The notes beneath the pieces are model-generated. The model saw only the letters and a list, made by a program, of their open reading frames with translations, was not told the origin of the DNA and made no database searches. A stretch of 64,000 nucleotides of DNA, from sequence record OR352942.1. One strand, written 5' to 3'. Below are positions 52,403 to 61,838 of the stretch, one piece after another (positions within the stretch are counted from its first letter, which is position 1; the number at the start of each line of letters is the position of its first letter). The stretch is from Escherichia phage AV112. A program made the position numbers and the translations under genes.

Positions 52403-52600
52403 ATGTTTAAACTTCCATCGTTAATCAACGCTATTAAAGGCAATAAAAAGAAAACTGCTATCGCTGCAATAGTTGTAGGTGGCATTATTTCATGGAACTT
52501 CGGGATTGCGCCATTGTTAGTTGCCCATGGTGTTATGGTTCCTTCTGTTCCATTGGATACTGTAGTTGATTTGGCCTTTGCTATTATAGGGCTTGTCTAA
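52403..52600 (+). CDS. small hydrophobic protein (65 aa) on opposite strand
   Basis: AAGGAG SD 5 nt before ATG; two hydrophobic segments; stop overlaps gene 61 stop. Confidence 0.4.
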   Translation: MFKLPSLINAIKGNKKKTAIAAIVVGGIISWNFGIAPLLVAHGVMVPSVPLDTVVDLAFAIIGLV

Positions 52601-53619
52601 ATCTTAGAATAACGAGATAATCTCATTTTAGCATGCAACCCACTTGAAATATTCTGTTTCATATATTCTAAAATTTCTTGTGGTGTTGCATTTTCTTTCA
52701 TTACCATATCATTCACATCCTTTGATCTCCACGGAGCTCGGTCCCAGAACATGACACGTTCGCCTGCATCAACTAATCGCTTCATGCGAGCTATAGTATC
52801 CGGATGCCTAGGTTCATTATCCATTACCCATACCCGACGTTCTTTAAATGGTACAACATCTAAATCTATTGAGCCGCCTGTAATAGCGATTGCATTGGGT
52901 ATGAATAAACTATCAATAGGGCCTTCCATTACCCAGACGTCTCCTTCCTTAACACGTTCAACACCATAAATTTTTGTTGCAGACTCAAACGCTTTAATAG
53001 TGATATATTTCTGAGGAGCATCTTTACGAAGTGCACGTCCTTGGAATGACTCAGCCTTCCCGTCTTTATTAAAAATAGGAATCACTAAACGTGGTTCGGG
53101 AATCTCTTTTTTATATGTACCGGGTTGAATCTTGTTGACCAATTTAGGCCATTCTAATGTGAACCATAATCTGTTCCATGATTCTTTAGGAATGCATCGA
53201 GACTTAACATATTTCACAATAGGATGCTCTTCAGGCAGCTTGTCCAGACGAGAACAAGACGGCAAAGAATTTATAGTCTTTTTCTCTGGTTCTGGTTTAT
53301 GTTCAGGAACCTTTTCAATCTTTGGTTCCATTCTAGCTTTTTCTTTACGAACTTCCATTAGATATTCGCGATAAAGCTCTTCATCATACTCTTTTAAGTA
53401 TCCGGAAATTGTATTGTGGTATTGACAATTATAGCAATGTACATTACCAGGAGTACCGCCATAATACCATCCGCGAGCTTTCATTGCATCTGTCTGGGAG
53501 TCGCCACAAACTGGACATCGAAACGTTAATTTAAATGTGCTTGAATTATTGATTTGTCTAAAACGAGGTAGGTGAGAAAACGCACGATAAGCAAATTCAT
53601 TATCTATCCATTCAGCCAT
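52597..53619 (-). CDS. 61: gp61 DNA primase
   Basis: 340 aa; N-terminal zinc ribbon CPVCGDS...CYNC, TOPRIM core. Confidence 0.9.
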   Translation of the reverse strand: MAEWIDNEFAYRAFSHLPRFRQINNSSTFKLTFRCPVCGDSQTDAMKARGWYYGGTPGNVHCYNCQYHNTISGYLKEYDEELYREYLMEVRKEKARMEPKIEKVPEHKPEPEKKTINSLPSCSRLDKLPEEHPIVKYVKSRCIPKESWNRLWFTLEWPKLVNKIQPGTYKKEIPEPRLVIPIFNKDGKAESFQGRALRKDAPQKYITIKAFESATKIYGVERVKEGDVWVMEGPIDSLFIPNAIAITGGSIDLDVVPFKERRVWVMDNEPRHPDTIARMKRLVDAGERVMFWDRAPWRSKDVNDMVMKENATPQEILEYMKQNISSGLHAKMRLSRYSKI

Positions 53620-53658
53620 AGTATTCTCCAGAGGCCTTAAATTAATAAGGCCATCATA

Positions 53659-54153
53659 TCACAACTTATTAATATTTACTTTAATTCGCTTTCTTTTCTT
53701 GGAAGGAATTTGTTCTGGACCTTTATTTACGACTGCACCTGTAGTTGTTCCTGATGCAATAGCTTGAGGACTACCGCCTGAATCACCAGCAACCATATCC
53801 TCAAATAAAGGGAGTTCTTTAAATATTTCTTTCTGTTGTTCTTCCGTAATGTTATAGCGTGAAGCTACAGCACTCCAGGCAGACATCATTGAGGCCATTC
53901 CATTAAGACCTGGAACAGTGCTCATCATTCGCTTCATTGAACGAACTGACGCATGAAAAGGTGTATACGCAGCTTTCTCTTCGGGAGTAGAAGGACGTTT
54001 AAGAACACTTCCACGTTCATCGATGATTTTGGCTTCGTATGCTTTCCATTCGGTAAAAGGTTTTTGCATTAGTCGAATAAACTTATATGCATAAACAGAA
54101 TCTATTGCAGTGTTAATAATACCCATAGGTACCTCCTGAGTATATTTAATCAA
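53659..54153 (-). CDS. hypothetical protein (164 aa)
   Basis: ORF upstream of gene 61. Confidence 0.5.
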   Translation of the reverse strand: MIKYTQEVPMGIINTAIDSVYAYKFIRLMQKPFTEWKAYEAKIIDERGSVLKRPSTPEEKAAYTPFHASVRSMKRMMSTVPGLNGMASMMSAWSAVASRYNITEEQQKEIFKELPLFEDMVAGDSGGSPQAIASGTTTGAVVNKGPEQIPSKKRKRIKVNINKL

Positions 54154-54343
54154 TTACAAAGATTGCTTTGTCACCATTTATATCTGTGACTTCATACGTA
54201 GTGCCTTCATACTGCGGAATATTCCAAATTACACCATCATTAGCTTTTACGCTAATATGGTATTGGTGTTTTGAAACAACTTCATAATCTTCAAAACTTG
54301 TAAAAACACTAATTTTAGAACCAGTGCAAATTGCAGTAGTCAT
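54146..54343 (-). CDS. hypothetical protein (65 aa)
   Basis: small ORF. Confidence 0.4.
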   Translation of the reverse strand: MTTAICTGSKISVFTSFEDYEVVSKHQYHISVKANDGVIWNIPQYEGTTYEVTDINGDKAIFVID

Positions 54344-54344
54344 T

Positions 54345-55004
54345 TTAACCTCGATTCATAAATGCATTAAATATTTGGTCATCAACAGAAATTTCTAATT
54401 CGACTTCAATTGCTTCAGCCTTTTCTTCAGGTGGTAATTCGTATCCACACACTACAATTTTTTCATCGATATCAAAATATACAGAAGCAATATGATTAAT
54501 GTTATTTTCGGTTAAGTCTAAATCAACATCAACATCTTTTTGACCTACACTTAAAGGATAACTAATACGGGTTATTTTATTATCTTTAACAAAGAGTCCA
54601 CCGACATACTCTGTGCTATGTTTGAAGCTTACACGTTTCCGAAATGAAAGATATGATGCATCTTTACCGTGAGCTCGGCTCATAGGACATAATGAATAGC
54701 TAGAATAAGAGATGTCAAATCCTACACCTTCAATATGAGCCAACGTGTCATGATTAAACCAATTATAATCATATGCCAAATCCATTATATTGTAATACGT
54801 GAAAGGCACCGGATTAACATCATACGTTGTACCTTTAAAATCTGCCCAGGCAACGATTTCGTTATCTTTAACAATTACAAAAATTACACCAATATGGTAT
54901 CCATTATTATTTTCGTTCGGCGTTATATTATAACATTGTGCATTAGGAAATTTACCATATTTAAATGGTGCGTTTTTGTGCATGTAATAAATCATATTAT
55001 TCAC
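54345..55004 (-). CDS. hypothetical protein (219 aa)
   Basis: ORF. Confidence 0.5.
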   Translation of the reverse strand: MNNMIYYMHKNAPFKYGKFPNAQCYNITPNENNNGYHIGVIFVIVKDNEIVAWADFKGTTYDVNPVPFTYYNIMDLAYDYNWFNHDTLAHIEGVGFDISYSSYSLCPMSRAHGKDASYLSFRKRVSFKHSTEYVGGLFVKDNKITRISYPLSVGQKDVDVDLDLTENNINHIASVYFDIDEKIVVCGYELPPEEKAEAIEVELEISVDDQIFNAFMNRG

Positions 55005-55290
55005 CTGTGATTTCGGTTACGATATCTTTGTTATCGAAATTAGGGTCACAATACAAAACATAATTGTACTGCATGATACCACCAGACTTAAGTTGTTCAA
55101 CAACTTTATTAACCATATTAGGACGGTCTCGTTTAGTGATGTTCATAATATCAGAGAAGATTTGTTGTTCAACATCTTCTTGATTTGCAGTCATTGACCA
55201 CTCACAGAGGTCTTTATCATAACCTGCCGTAACTGGAGCTGGTGCGCATGATACTGCAAGTAAGATTGCTGCCAATGATAACTTTTTCAT
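54997..55290 (-). CDS. sp: Spackle periplasmic protein
   Basis: 97 aa with signal peptide; resembles T4 Sp (GYDKDLCEWSM, LKSGG.MQYNYVLYCD). Confidence 0.7.
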   Translation of the reverse strand: MKKLSLAAILLAVSCAPAPVTAGYDKDLCEWSMTANQEDVEQQIFSDIMNITKRDRPNMVNKVVEQLKSGGIMQYNYVLYCDPNFDNKDIVTEITGE

Positions 55291-55319
55291 TTTAACTCCT
55301 TAGTTGATTTGATAGGACT

Positions 55320-55349
55320 ACTATACCATAGTCCATCTATAATGTAAAC
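55320..55349 (-). promoter_or_regulatory. T4-type early promoter for sp
   Basis: minus-strand GTTTAC, 18 nt, TATAGT. Confidence 0.5.
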
Positions 55350-55353
55350 AACT

Positions 55354-55602
55354 TTATTCTTTTTCGCGAATAATAATTACTTGTTGAGGCTGCTGGGCAG
55401 ATTTCTTTTCGGCAACGATAGACCAAATTAAAGTTCCAATCCAACCAATCATCGTCCAGTTAAAGAGTAAAGATATAAAGAAGATTGCTGTTGTGCTTTT
55501 TGTGCCACGAATAAGTGCGATTACCCAAGGCAACATGTAAATGATGATTGAACCAATACCTGCGATTAAAACTGCTACTGAACTAGCTACGAATAATTCC
55601 AT
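55354..55602 (-). CDS. small inner-membrane protein (82 aa, two TM segments)
   Basis: two hydrophobic helices; possibly immunity-type membrane protein. Confidence 0.45.
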   Translation of the reverse strand: MELFVASSVAVLIAGIGSIIIYMLPWVIALIRGTKSTTAIFFISLLFNWTMIGWIGTLIWSIVAEKKSAQQPQQVIIIREKE

Positions 55603-55663
55603 GTTAATTTCCTCTTGATTTGTTATGTTTATAATATCTTGTTTTAACTTTGGTGTAAACCAA

Positions 55664-56032
55664 TTAATTAAATTTGTTTAAACGTTCAATACACTGGACG
55701 TAGTTATTTGCGATTTGTTTCTGGGTGGGCTCTTTACCAGTTGTTTCAACATAGCGAATGAATGCGATTTCAGTAGCCTGTAGACAATGTTCTTTAACGC
55801 GTTGTTCTTTTGACAATGCTACAGTATCAGAGTCACGATAACGTTGAGCATGGGCATCAGCTTGAATCATTCGATTACCTACAGTAACCGGGTCTTCCAC
55901 TTCAACTTTAGGTTGGTCATACTGTTTAACATTCGGATTGTAAATCAGTTGGCCAACGTTATTAGGGATAAAGCCATGGGCACCACATCCGGTTAATCCA
56001 AATACCATTGCTAAAGCGATTAATTTTTTCAT
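55664..56032 (-). CDS. predicted lipoprotein (122 aa)
   Basis: signal peptide with lipobox LTGC. Confidence 0.5.
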   Translation of the reverse strand: MKKLIALAMVFGLTGCGAHGFIPNNVGQLIYNPNVKQYDQPKVEVEDPVTVGNRMIQADAHAQRYRDSDTVALSKEQRVKEHCLQATEIAFIRYVETTGKEPTQKQIANNYVQCIERLNKFN

Positions 56033-56060
56033 TTCAATTTCCTCTGTAGTTGATAGAAAG

Positions 56061-56090
56061 ATAGTAACACAGTATGTGGTGCTTGTAAAC
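56061..56090 (-). promoter_or_regulatory. T4-type early promoter
   Basis: minus-strand GTTTAC, 18 nt, TACTAT. Confidence 0.45.
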
Positions 56091-56092
56091 AG

Positions 56093-56350
56093 TTATTTTA
56101 AACTTTTGCGAAATTTGCGTTTTTCTTGACGAATCTGTCGTTTAGTCGGACGTACAGCAAATTTAACGAAGTCCACTTTGCCGTGTGGAAACTTTTCAGA
56201 TGCTTCACAGTCCATCATTAGTTCCCATCCTTCCAGAATAAGAGCTTTCCATTGTGTAGTTGATGCAAATTCGTATGTTGATGGTTTAAACACAGTTGAA
56301 TACATATTATCCTCTGAAATCAGCTTCAAAAACTTTCTCGTCATTAACAA
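56093..56350 (-). CDS. hypothetical protein (85 aa)
   Basis: small ORF. Confidence 0.45.
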   Translation of the reverse strand: MLMTRKFLKLISEDNMYSTVFKPSTYEFASTTQWKALILEGWELMMDCEASEKFPHGKVDFVKFAVRPTKRQIRQEKRKFRKSLK

Positions 56351-56498
56351 ATGCTTTAACTAATGCGTTGTTCACTTCAGCAAGTTGTACCGTAACCCAC
56401 TCGATTTCTTCGCGATCACCTGATAACATAATATCTTTAGTGAACATCTCGCCGCTTTTAAACCAACCTATAAAAGTAACTTTAGTTAATTTGCTCAT
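56307..56498 (-). CDS. dmd: probable Dmd antitoxin (about 63 aa from ATG 56498)
   Basis: small protein next to gene 41 region; assignment from position and recalled similarity. Confidence 0.45.
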   Translation of the reverse strand: MSKLTKVTFIGWFKSGEMFTKDIMLSGDREEIEWVTVQLAEVNNALVKAFVNDEKVFEADFRG

Positions 56499-56812
56499 AT
56501 TTCCTCGCAAAATGCCCATTCAGCGTGATAAACTGTAGCACCTTTAGTATCATTCATTTGAACTACGTCTACCGGAGAAATTACTCGATAGAGACGTGGT
56601 TCACCTCCATAAGAGCGTGCTGCTCGTCCTGCATAAATCTTTGCTAAACCGATATCTTCAGTAAAGAATACACGATCCAAGTTTTTCTTACGTCCAGTTT
56701 CAGACAGAACTCCTGTTTCCTCAGGAGGACAAAGCATGTTTTCGATGTTAGCTGAACTACTTGAACCGTGATAAAAAATCTTAAATTCTGCTTTACAATC
56801 GATGGTTTTCAT
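56495..56812 (-). CDS. hypothetical protein (105 aa) with FYHGSSS motif
   Basis: ORF; His-Gly-Ser motif of uncertain meaning. Confidence 0.45.
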   Translation of the reverse strand: MKTIDCKAEFKIFYHGSSSSANIENMLCPPEETGVLSETGRKKNLDRVFFTEDIGLAKIYAGRAARSYGGEPRLYRVISPVDVVQMNDTKGATVYHAEWAFCEEI

Positions 56813-56838
56813 TTTGTTCTCCAGTAGTTGATAGGTCT

Positions 56839-56867
56839 ATAATAACACAACTACTGGAGAAGTAAAC
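56839..56867 (-). promoter_or_regulatory. T4-type early promoter
   Basis: minus-strand GTTTAC, 17 nt, TATTAT. Confidence 0.45.
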
Positions 56868-57242
56868 TTAAAAACGTAATTTAGATACGTCTGCGTTGAT
56901 TTCGTTTTGGTTTGCGTCGTATGCAATTAAACGAACCGCTTTAGATTGGTCATTCAATGCATAGAAATGATGGAACATTGCTCGAACGATATCACCATTT
57001 ACGAGTTCTACCTGGATAGGAGAACCTTTTTCGAGTTGGAAATGTTCATAAGCTTTGATGGTTCGCAGATAATCAAGTTTTTGATTTCCGGCTCCAACAA
57101 TTTGTACGATACGTTTGCCCATGTTTTCCATACGAGATACAATAGTTTTAGGAGCAAGAATAACGTAGGTTGCCAGCGGAGAAACTACTTCAACAGTTGT
57201 GTTTTCGGTGATTGCAGTAAAAATTGCTTGAGACATATTCAT
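56868..57242 (-). CDS. hypothetical protein (124 aa)
   Basis: ORF downstream of gene 41. Confidence 0.5.
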   Translation of the reverse strand: MNMSQAIFTAITENTTVEVVSPLATYVILAPKTIVSRMENMGKRIVQIVGAGNQKLDYLRTIKAYEHFQLEKGSPIQVELVNGDIVRAMFHHFYALNDQSKAVRLIAYDANQNEINADVSKLRF

Positions 57243-57271
57243 AATGTTTTCCTCTTGGTTTGTGTAAGTAC

Positions 57272-57301
57272 ATCATATCATGCCTAGAGGAAGATGTAAA
57301 C
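57272..57301 (-). promoter_or_regulatory. T4-type early promoter
   Basis: minus-strand GTTTAC, 18 nt, TATGAT. Confidence 0.4.
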
Positions 57302-57306
57302 CCCGA

Positions 57307-57326
57307 AAGGAGACCGAAGTCTCCTT
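57307..57326 (-). terminator. UUCG-tetraloop hairpin after gene 41 (no clear U-tract)
   Basis: AAGGAGAC-UUCG-GUCUCCUU on minus RNA, 5 nt past gene 41 stop. Confidence 0.45.
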
Positions 57327-57330
57327 TTTG

Positions 57331-58773
57331 TTAAAATTTTAACTCATTGGCTAAGCTATCTAGGTCAGCACGTGTTGCTTTGGCTTTACCTACGCGTTCC
57401 GTACGATTCGCCTCTGCCTGACGCATCTGAGCACCTGCGTTTTCATTTACTGTGTTAGGTGTGTTCATGCCTTCTTGCTCAATCTCAACCCATTTCTGGT
57501 TGCCTTTGCGTACACCCATCAGGAATTTATTCCACTTATTCTTATCGCCGTATCGTGATTTGATTTGTTTGATAAGTTGTTGTTCAGCTTGTGCAAGTTC
57601 TTCGGTTTCAATTACGGCCAACATGAAATCTGCTGTTGCTGGTAAACCTGCTGATTCTGCAATATCACTCATGTTCATATCCGAAGCATCCCATGCTGCA
57701 CGTCCTACTTGAGCTGCAGTCCATAGAACTGTTTCAGATTCTACTGCTAATGCACGAAGTTCTTCTGCGATAGCTTTAACTAATGTGTAGCTATTTTCAG
57801 TGTAAACTCTGATACGACAAGACCCACAAATACCTAAGTAATCAACCATGATTACAGATGGCACAAAGTTCTTCTTGAGTTTCAATTCATTAAGCAATGC
57901 ACGGAATGTATTAGCATTAGCTCCGCCAGTAGGATACTGTTTAACTACTAAACGTCCTAATGTGGATTTTGAACGCCATTTTTCCATCTTGGCTTTATAT
58001 TCAGCATAAGATACGTTACCATCATCAATATCATCAAGTGATACGTCAAGCATGTTTGCATCTATACGCTTAGCGCAAACTTCTTCGGCCATTTCCATGG
58101 AAATATAAAGAACATTATGACCTGTTTGAAGATAATCTGCAGCAAGTGAACAAAGGCCTAAAGATTTACCAACGTTAACACCAGCCATTAAAACGTTTAG
58201 TGTACCAGTTTCAGCACCACCTTTAGTGATTTTATTCAGAATGTTTAATTTGAACGGGACCTTACGTGCTTTGTTCAGATAAGAAAGCCAGCGTGCTTCA
58301 TAGTCTTCCATCCAGTCATGTCCAACATAACTATCAAACGAAATTGAAAGTGCTTGACGCATAATATCAGGAATAGCTCCTACGTCAGGCATTTTCTTGT
58401 TACGTTGTTCTGGAGGTAGTTCAGCATTAGACTGAATCTCAATGATTTTGGACGTAGCGTTATACATCGCTTTTTGCTGGACGTATTTCTCAGTTTCTTT
58501 AACCAACCATTCGTGGTCTTCAGGAGTATCAGCCAATTTTTCAATTAGGTCTGAAGTTCCTTTATATTCAGCTTCAGTTAAAGAACTGTTATCTAAAGCC
58601 ACCTTTAATGCATTTATAGACGGCATTGCATTATATTCGTTAACGTGGCTCTTTATAATTTTAAAGACATTTTTTGCCGGTCCACGCTCAAAATACTCAG
58701 AATCCATATAAGGCCAGACCTTAGAAAAATAAGCCTGGTCATATACTAGATGAGACAAAATAATTTCTACCAC
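57331..58773 (-). CDS. 41: gp41 replicative DNA helicase (DnaB family)
   Basis: 480 aa; Walker A GVNVGKS; near-colinear with T4 gp41. Confidence 0.92.
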   Translation of the reverse strand: MVEIILSHLVYDQAYFSKVWPYMDSEYFERGPAKNVFKIIKSHVNEYNAMPSINALKVALDNSSLTEAEYKGTSDLIEKLADTPEDHEWLVKETEKYVQQKAMYNATSKIIEIQSNAELPPEQRNKKMPDVGAIPDIMRQALSISFDSYVGHDWMEDYEARWLSYLNKARKVPFKLNILNKITKGGAETGTLNVLMAGVNVGKSLGLCSLAADYLQTGHNVLYISMEMAEEVCAKRIDANMLDVSLDDIDDGNVSYAEYKAKMEKWRSKSTLGRLVVKQYPTGGANANTFRALLNELKLKKNFVPSVIMVDYLGICGSCRIRVYTENSYTLVKAIAEELRALAVESETVLWTAAQVGRAAWDASDMNMSDIAESAGLPATADFMLAVIETEELAQAEQQLIKQIKSRYGDKNKWNKFLMGVRKGNQKWVEIEQEGMNTPNTVNENAGAQMRQAEANRTERVGKAKATRADLDSLANELKF

Positions 58774-58782
58774 GATAACTCC

Positions 58783-59151
58783 TTAAAAGAATTTAAATTT
58801 TTTCTTGGTCCGTTCATTAAAAGCTTGTTGTACTTGCATTGTAACACATTTTTCAACATGCGGTGCAAGTTCTGCTTTTCTGTCCTGGTCAAGAACTGCA
58901 AAGTCCATTACGATTTTACCATCAACCCAGTCTAGTTTTGTAATATAGACTATATGATGAGAACCATCTTCAAGTGTAATCAGAATCTCTTGAATGACAT
59001 TTTCCATTGCTGAACGGATAATTTTAAGAGATTCATTAAACACTCGTTCTTTGCGAATGTCTTCCCCTTCCGAAGAAGGGGATTCATCAACGATTTCTAG
59101 ATTTAAATCATCGAGATTATTCATCGAAATCTTCCATTTCGTCAAGGTCAT
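58783..59151 (-). CDS. 40: probable gp40 head-vertex assembly protein
   Basis: about 113-122 aa between 41 and uvsX; synteny only. Confidence 0.45.
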   Translation of the reverse strand: MTLTKWKISMNNLDDLNLEIVDESPSSEGEDIRKERVFNESLKIIRSAMENVIQEILITLEDGSHHIVYITKLDWVDGKIVMDFAVLDQDRKAELAPHVEKCVTMQVQQAFNERTKKKFKFF

Positions 59152-60289
59152 TTTCTATATCTGCTGCAGACGGAGCATCAGAAGTTTTAACCGGAACTTT
59201 AGTTGTTGCTTTGCAATTAATAAGGTCGTTAACAGCGTCATCAACTTCTTTAATAGAAGAGATAGCACCTAGTTTATATTTAGTTTCAATTGCATCTCGG
59301 AAAGGTTTGTGTTTAAACAACGGTCCCCAGAATTCTACACAATCAGTAGCTTTAGCACGCCATGATTTTTCTTCACGAATCATTTCGCCTGTTTCTTCGT
59401 CAAGGAATTCACGAGCATACCACCCGGCTTTAGGCTTAACTACAAAACCAATTTCAGTTGCCATTTCTAACAAGCCACTGAACGGGTCGATACCACCATC
59501 AAAATTAACTGTGATTGGGAAAGTAGATTTTTCTTTAACGGTGCGAGATTTTTCTGCTTTCAACGTGAAGTCATAACCGGTCAATTCTGTACCTTCTTTA
59601 ACCTGACGTTTAGAGATAAAGAATACAGTGTTAGCAGAGTAAAGAATACCTGTACCACCACCCATAATCTCTTTAGGATACAATCCGCCGATTTCCATTG
59701 CTGTATGGTTAATTGCAACACACGGAATATCTTTAATAGTCAGATAAGGAGTCACAATGCGGAACAGAGATTTAAGTGCCTTAGCACGAGACATATCACC
59801 TACAACTTTCTCGTTCAATGCATCTTCGGTTTCTTTCTTAGATGCAGTATTACCGATTGAATCGATAAAGATAATAACTTTATCACCGCGTTCAATCGCG
59901 TCAAGCTGATTAGTCATATCAACTTTAAGTTGTTCGACAGATTGAATCGGAGTATGAACTACACGGTCTAAATCAACACCCATTGAACGAAAATAAGATT
60001 CTGAAGCACCAAATTCTGAATCATAGAACAAACAAATTGCATCTTTATATTTCTTCATATATGCTGCAACCATGGTCAGTCCAAACAACGTTTTAAAGTG
60101 TTTAGAAGGAGCAGCAAAAATAGTTAAGCCTGATTGCAACCCAGCATTCAGTGCACCACCTAATGCAATATTCAACATCGGAATACGAGTAGGGACTTCA
60201 TCACGATTATTAAACAGCTTAGACTTAGTCAAGTCTGCAGTCATTTTAGAAGTAGAAGCTTTAATCAGACGAGATTTTAAATCAGACAT
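59117..60289 (-). CDS. uvsX: UvsX recombinase (RecA-like)
   Basis: 390 aa; near-colinear with T4 UvsX; acidic C-terminus. Confidence 0.92.
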   Translation of the reverse strand: MSDLKSRLIKASTSKMTADLTKSKLFNNRDEVPTRIPMLNIALGGALNAGLQSGLTIFAAPSKHFKTLFGLTMVAAYMKKYKDAICLFYDSEFGASESYFRSMGVDLDRVVHTPIQSVEQLKVDMTNQLDAIERGDKVIIFIDSIGNTASKKETEDALNEKVVGDMSRAKALKSLFRIVTPYLTIKDIPCVAINHTAMEIGGLYPKEIMGGGTGILYSANTVFFISKRQVKEGTELTGYDFTLKAEKSRTVKEKSTFPITVNFDGGIDPFSGLLEMATEIGFVVKPKAGWYAREFLDEETGEMIREEKSWRAKATDCVEFWGPLFKHKPFRDAIETKYKLGAISSIKEVDDAVNDLINCKATTKVPVKTSDAPSAADIENDLDEMEDFDE

Positions 60290-60388
60290 TGTATTTTTCC
60301 ATAGGCATCATTATATTTTACTCATGTTTAAAAGATAAGACGATTATATACTAAGGGTTATACAGCATTTAAAACTTTAAACAGGCTC

Positions 60389-60937
60389 TTAACGAGCCCA
60401 TTTGATAATTTCTGTAATCAAATTATTACGTTCGCTTGCATTAAATCCTATAACTTTGTTAGCACCATCATGATTAAGTAATTGATACGTTTGGATTTTG
60501 TTATGAATTGCAAACTCTTCAAAATATGAAATGACTGTATTAAAACCGAATGAAGACAAAGTAATAAGGTCGTCTTCAAAACTTTCAGTCATTTCGTTAC
60601 GTGTTAAAATAATTGTGAACACATCATGGTTTTGGCAAAGACGAACATAATCCTGTTCATAAACGTCAAGAACCGAGTCCACATCTTGTCGAATACGTCC
60701 ATAAACCCAGTTACTAATATATCCACGGTCTAACAGATAAATCTTAGTAGGGTCTAAATAATTCAACATCGTTTCGAAACAGCCAACTTCATTTCGAGAT
60801 TTAACATCGAAACGTCCATCAACTGTTCGTTTAGGGAAATCAATCTTTACATATCTTTCACTAATTTCCATTATGTCATTAATGAAAGTTGTTTTACCAG
60901 CATTATCCGGGCCATCTACTAAAATAATTTTAGCCAT
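60389..60937 (-). CDS. P-loop nucleoside/nucleotide kinase (thymidylate-kinase-like)
   Basis: Walker A ILVDGPDNAGKTT; LLDRGYISNWVYG resembles TMK/dNK DRY-type motif; 182 aa. Confidence 0.55.
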   Translation of the reverse strand: MAKIILVDGPDNAGKTTFINDIMEISERYVKIDFPKRTVDGRFDVKSRNEVGCFETMLNYLDPTKIYLLDRGYISNWVYGRIRQDVDSVLDVYEQDYVRLCQNHDVFTIILTRNEMTESFEDDLITLSSFGFNTVISYFEEFAIHNKIQTYQLLNHDGANKVIGFNASERNNLITEIIKWAR

Positions 60938-60938
60938 T

Positions 60939-61838
60939 TTATTCCTCGATTACGACATCTTCATATTTAGGTATATTATACGGTGAAGAAATTAAAGCAT
61001 TAAAGTAGATGAACTCACCAAGACCTGGATGGAATACTTCTTCAGGATTTTCGAAATATTGAATCTTCGGTCTTCCTTTAAGAATTTGATAGTACTCAGT
61101 TTTAGTTGGTTTAAAAATTCGAATCAGTGCTTCTTCAGGATACTTATTTCTGTCGAAGCTACTATTTGGATCGGTTATATAAAGCGGTTGACCTAATTGA
61201 ATTGCACATTCAACCACTTGTTCAAAACGATAACACGGGTCACTAATTCGAAATGGATGAAAAATACCATCTAGATGAATAGGAGCCAAATCACCTACAA
61301 GACGCTGCATGATGGAAGGACGTATAACTTTCTGGGTTACGATAATCTTATTACCATCTGCACCTGCGTTAACCAGCACTTCTTTTTGACGTTCATTCAA
61401 CACAGTAGTTTGAAGTGAACGATTAACCGACAACATGTCGGTTTTTAAGAATTCGTCAATGTAAAAACGTGGTTTATTAGGGTCTGCAGTGATATTGAAA
61501 TTGAATTCTACATCAAAAGCGCCGTCATATCCAGTGATATCTGTGATTAGAAAATCACAATCATAATAAGCAATTAATGAATCAACCACAAATTCATTTT
61601 CAGACCAGAAATATTTACGAGTGTTATACGCGTTATCTTTATACCATAATGGAACAAACTTAAATTCTGGGAAAAGACGTTCGCATTCTTTAATATCAGA
61701 TGCATTACGTGGATATGTAATCACATCACCCGGATTAGCACGGTGCAAATGAAGTTGGAAGTTGCCATCCTTAAGGATAGCATACTGTCCAGTTTCATAA
61801 GACCGCATACTCAAGATAGGTACGCGGAAAATAGCCAT
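60939..61838 (-). CDS. hypothetical protein (299 aa), translationally coupled in 42-like operon
   Basis: start overlaps stop of 42-like gene by 1 nt; stop 1 nt from kinase start; no motif recognised. Confidence 0.5.
   Translation of the reverse strand: MAIFRVPILSMRSYETGQYAILKDGNFQLHLHRANPGDVITYPRNASDIKECERLFPEFKFVPLWYKDNAYNTRKYFWSENEFVVDSLIAYYDCDFLITDITGYDGAFDVEFNFNITADPNKPRFYIDEFLKTDMLSVNRSLQTTVLNERQKEVLVNAGADGNKIIVTQKVIRPSIMQRLVGDLAPIHLDGIFHPFRISDPCYRFEQVVECAIQLGQPLYITDPNSSFDRNKYPEEALIRIFKPTKTEYYQILKGRPKIQYFENPEEVFHPGLGEFIYFNALISSPYNIPKYEDVVIEE

Noticed and set aside
57301-57310. CCCCGAAAGG upstream of the gene 41 hairpin as part of a longer stem or riboswitch-like element
   Set aside because: It can pair only by competing with the stronger UUCG hairpin; no conserved structure is apparent.
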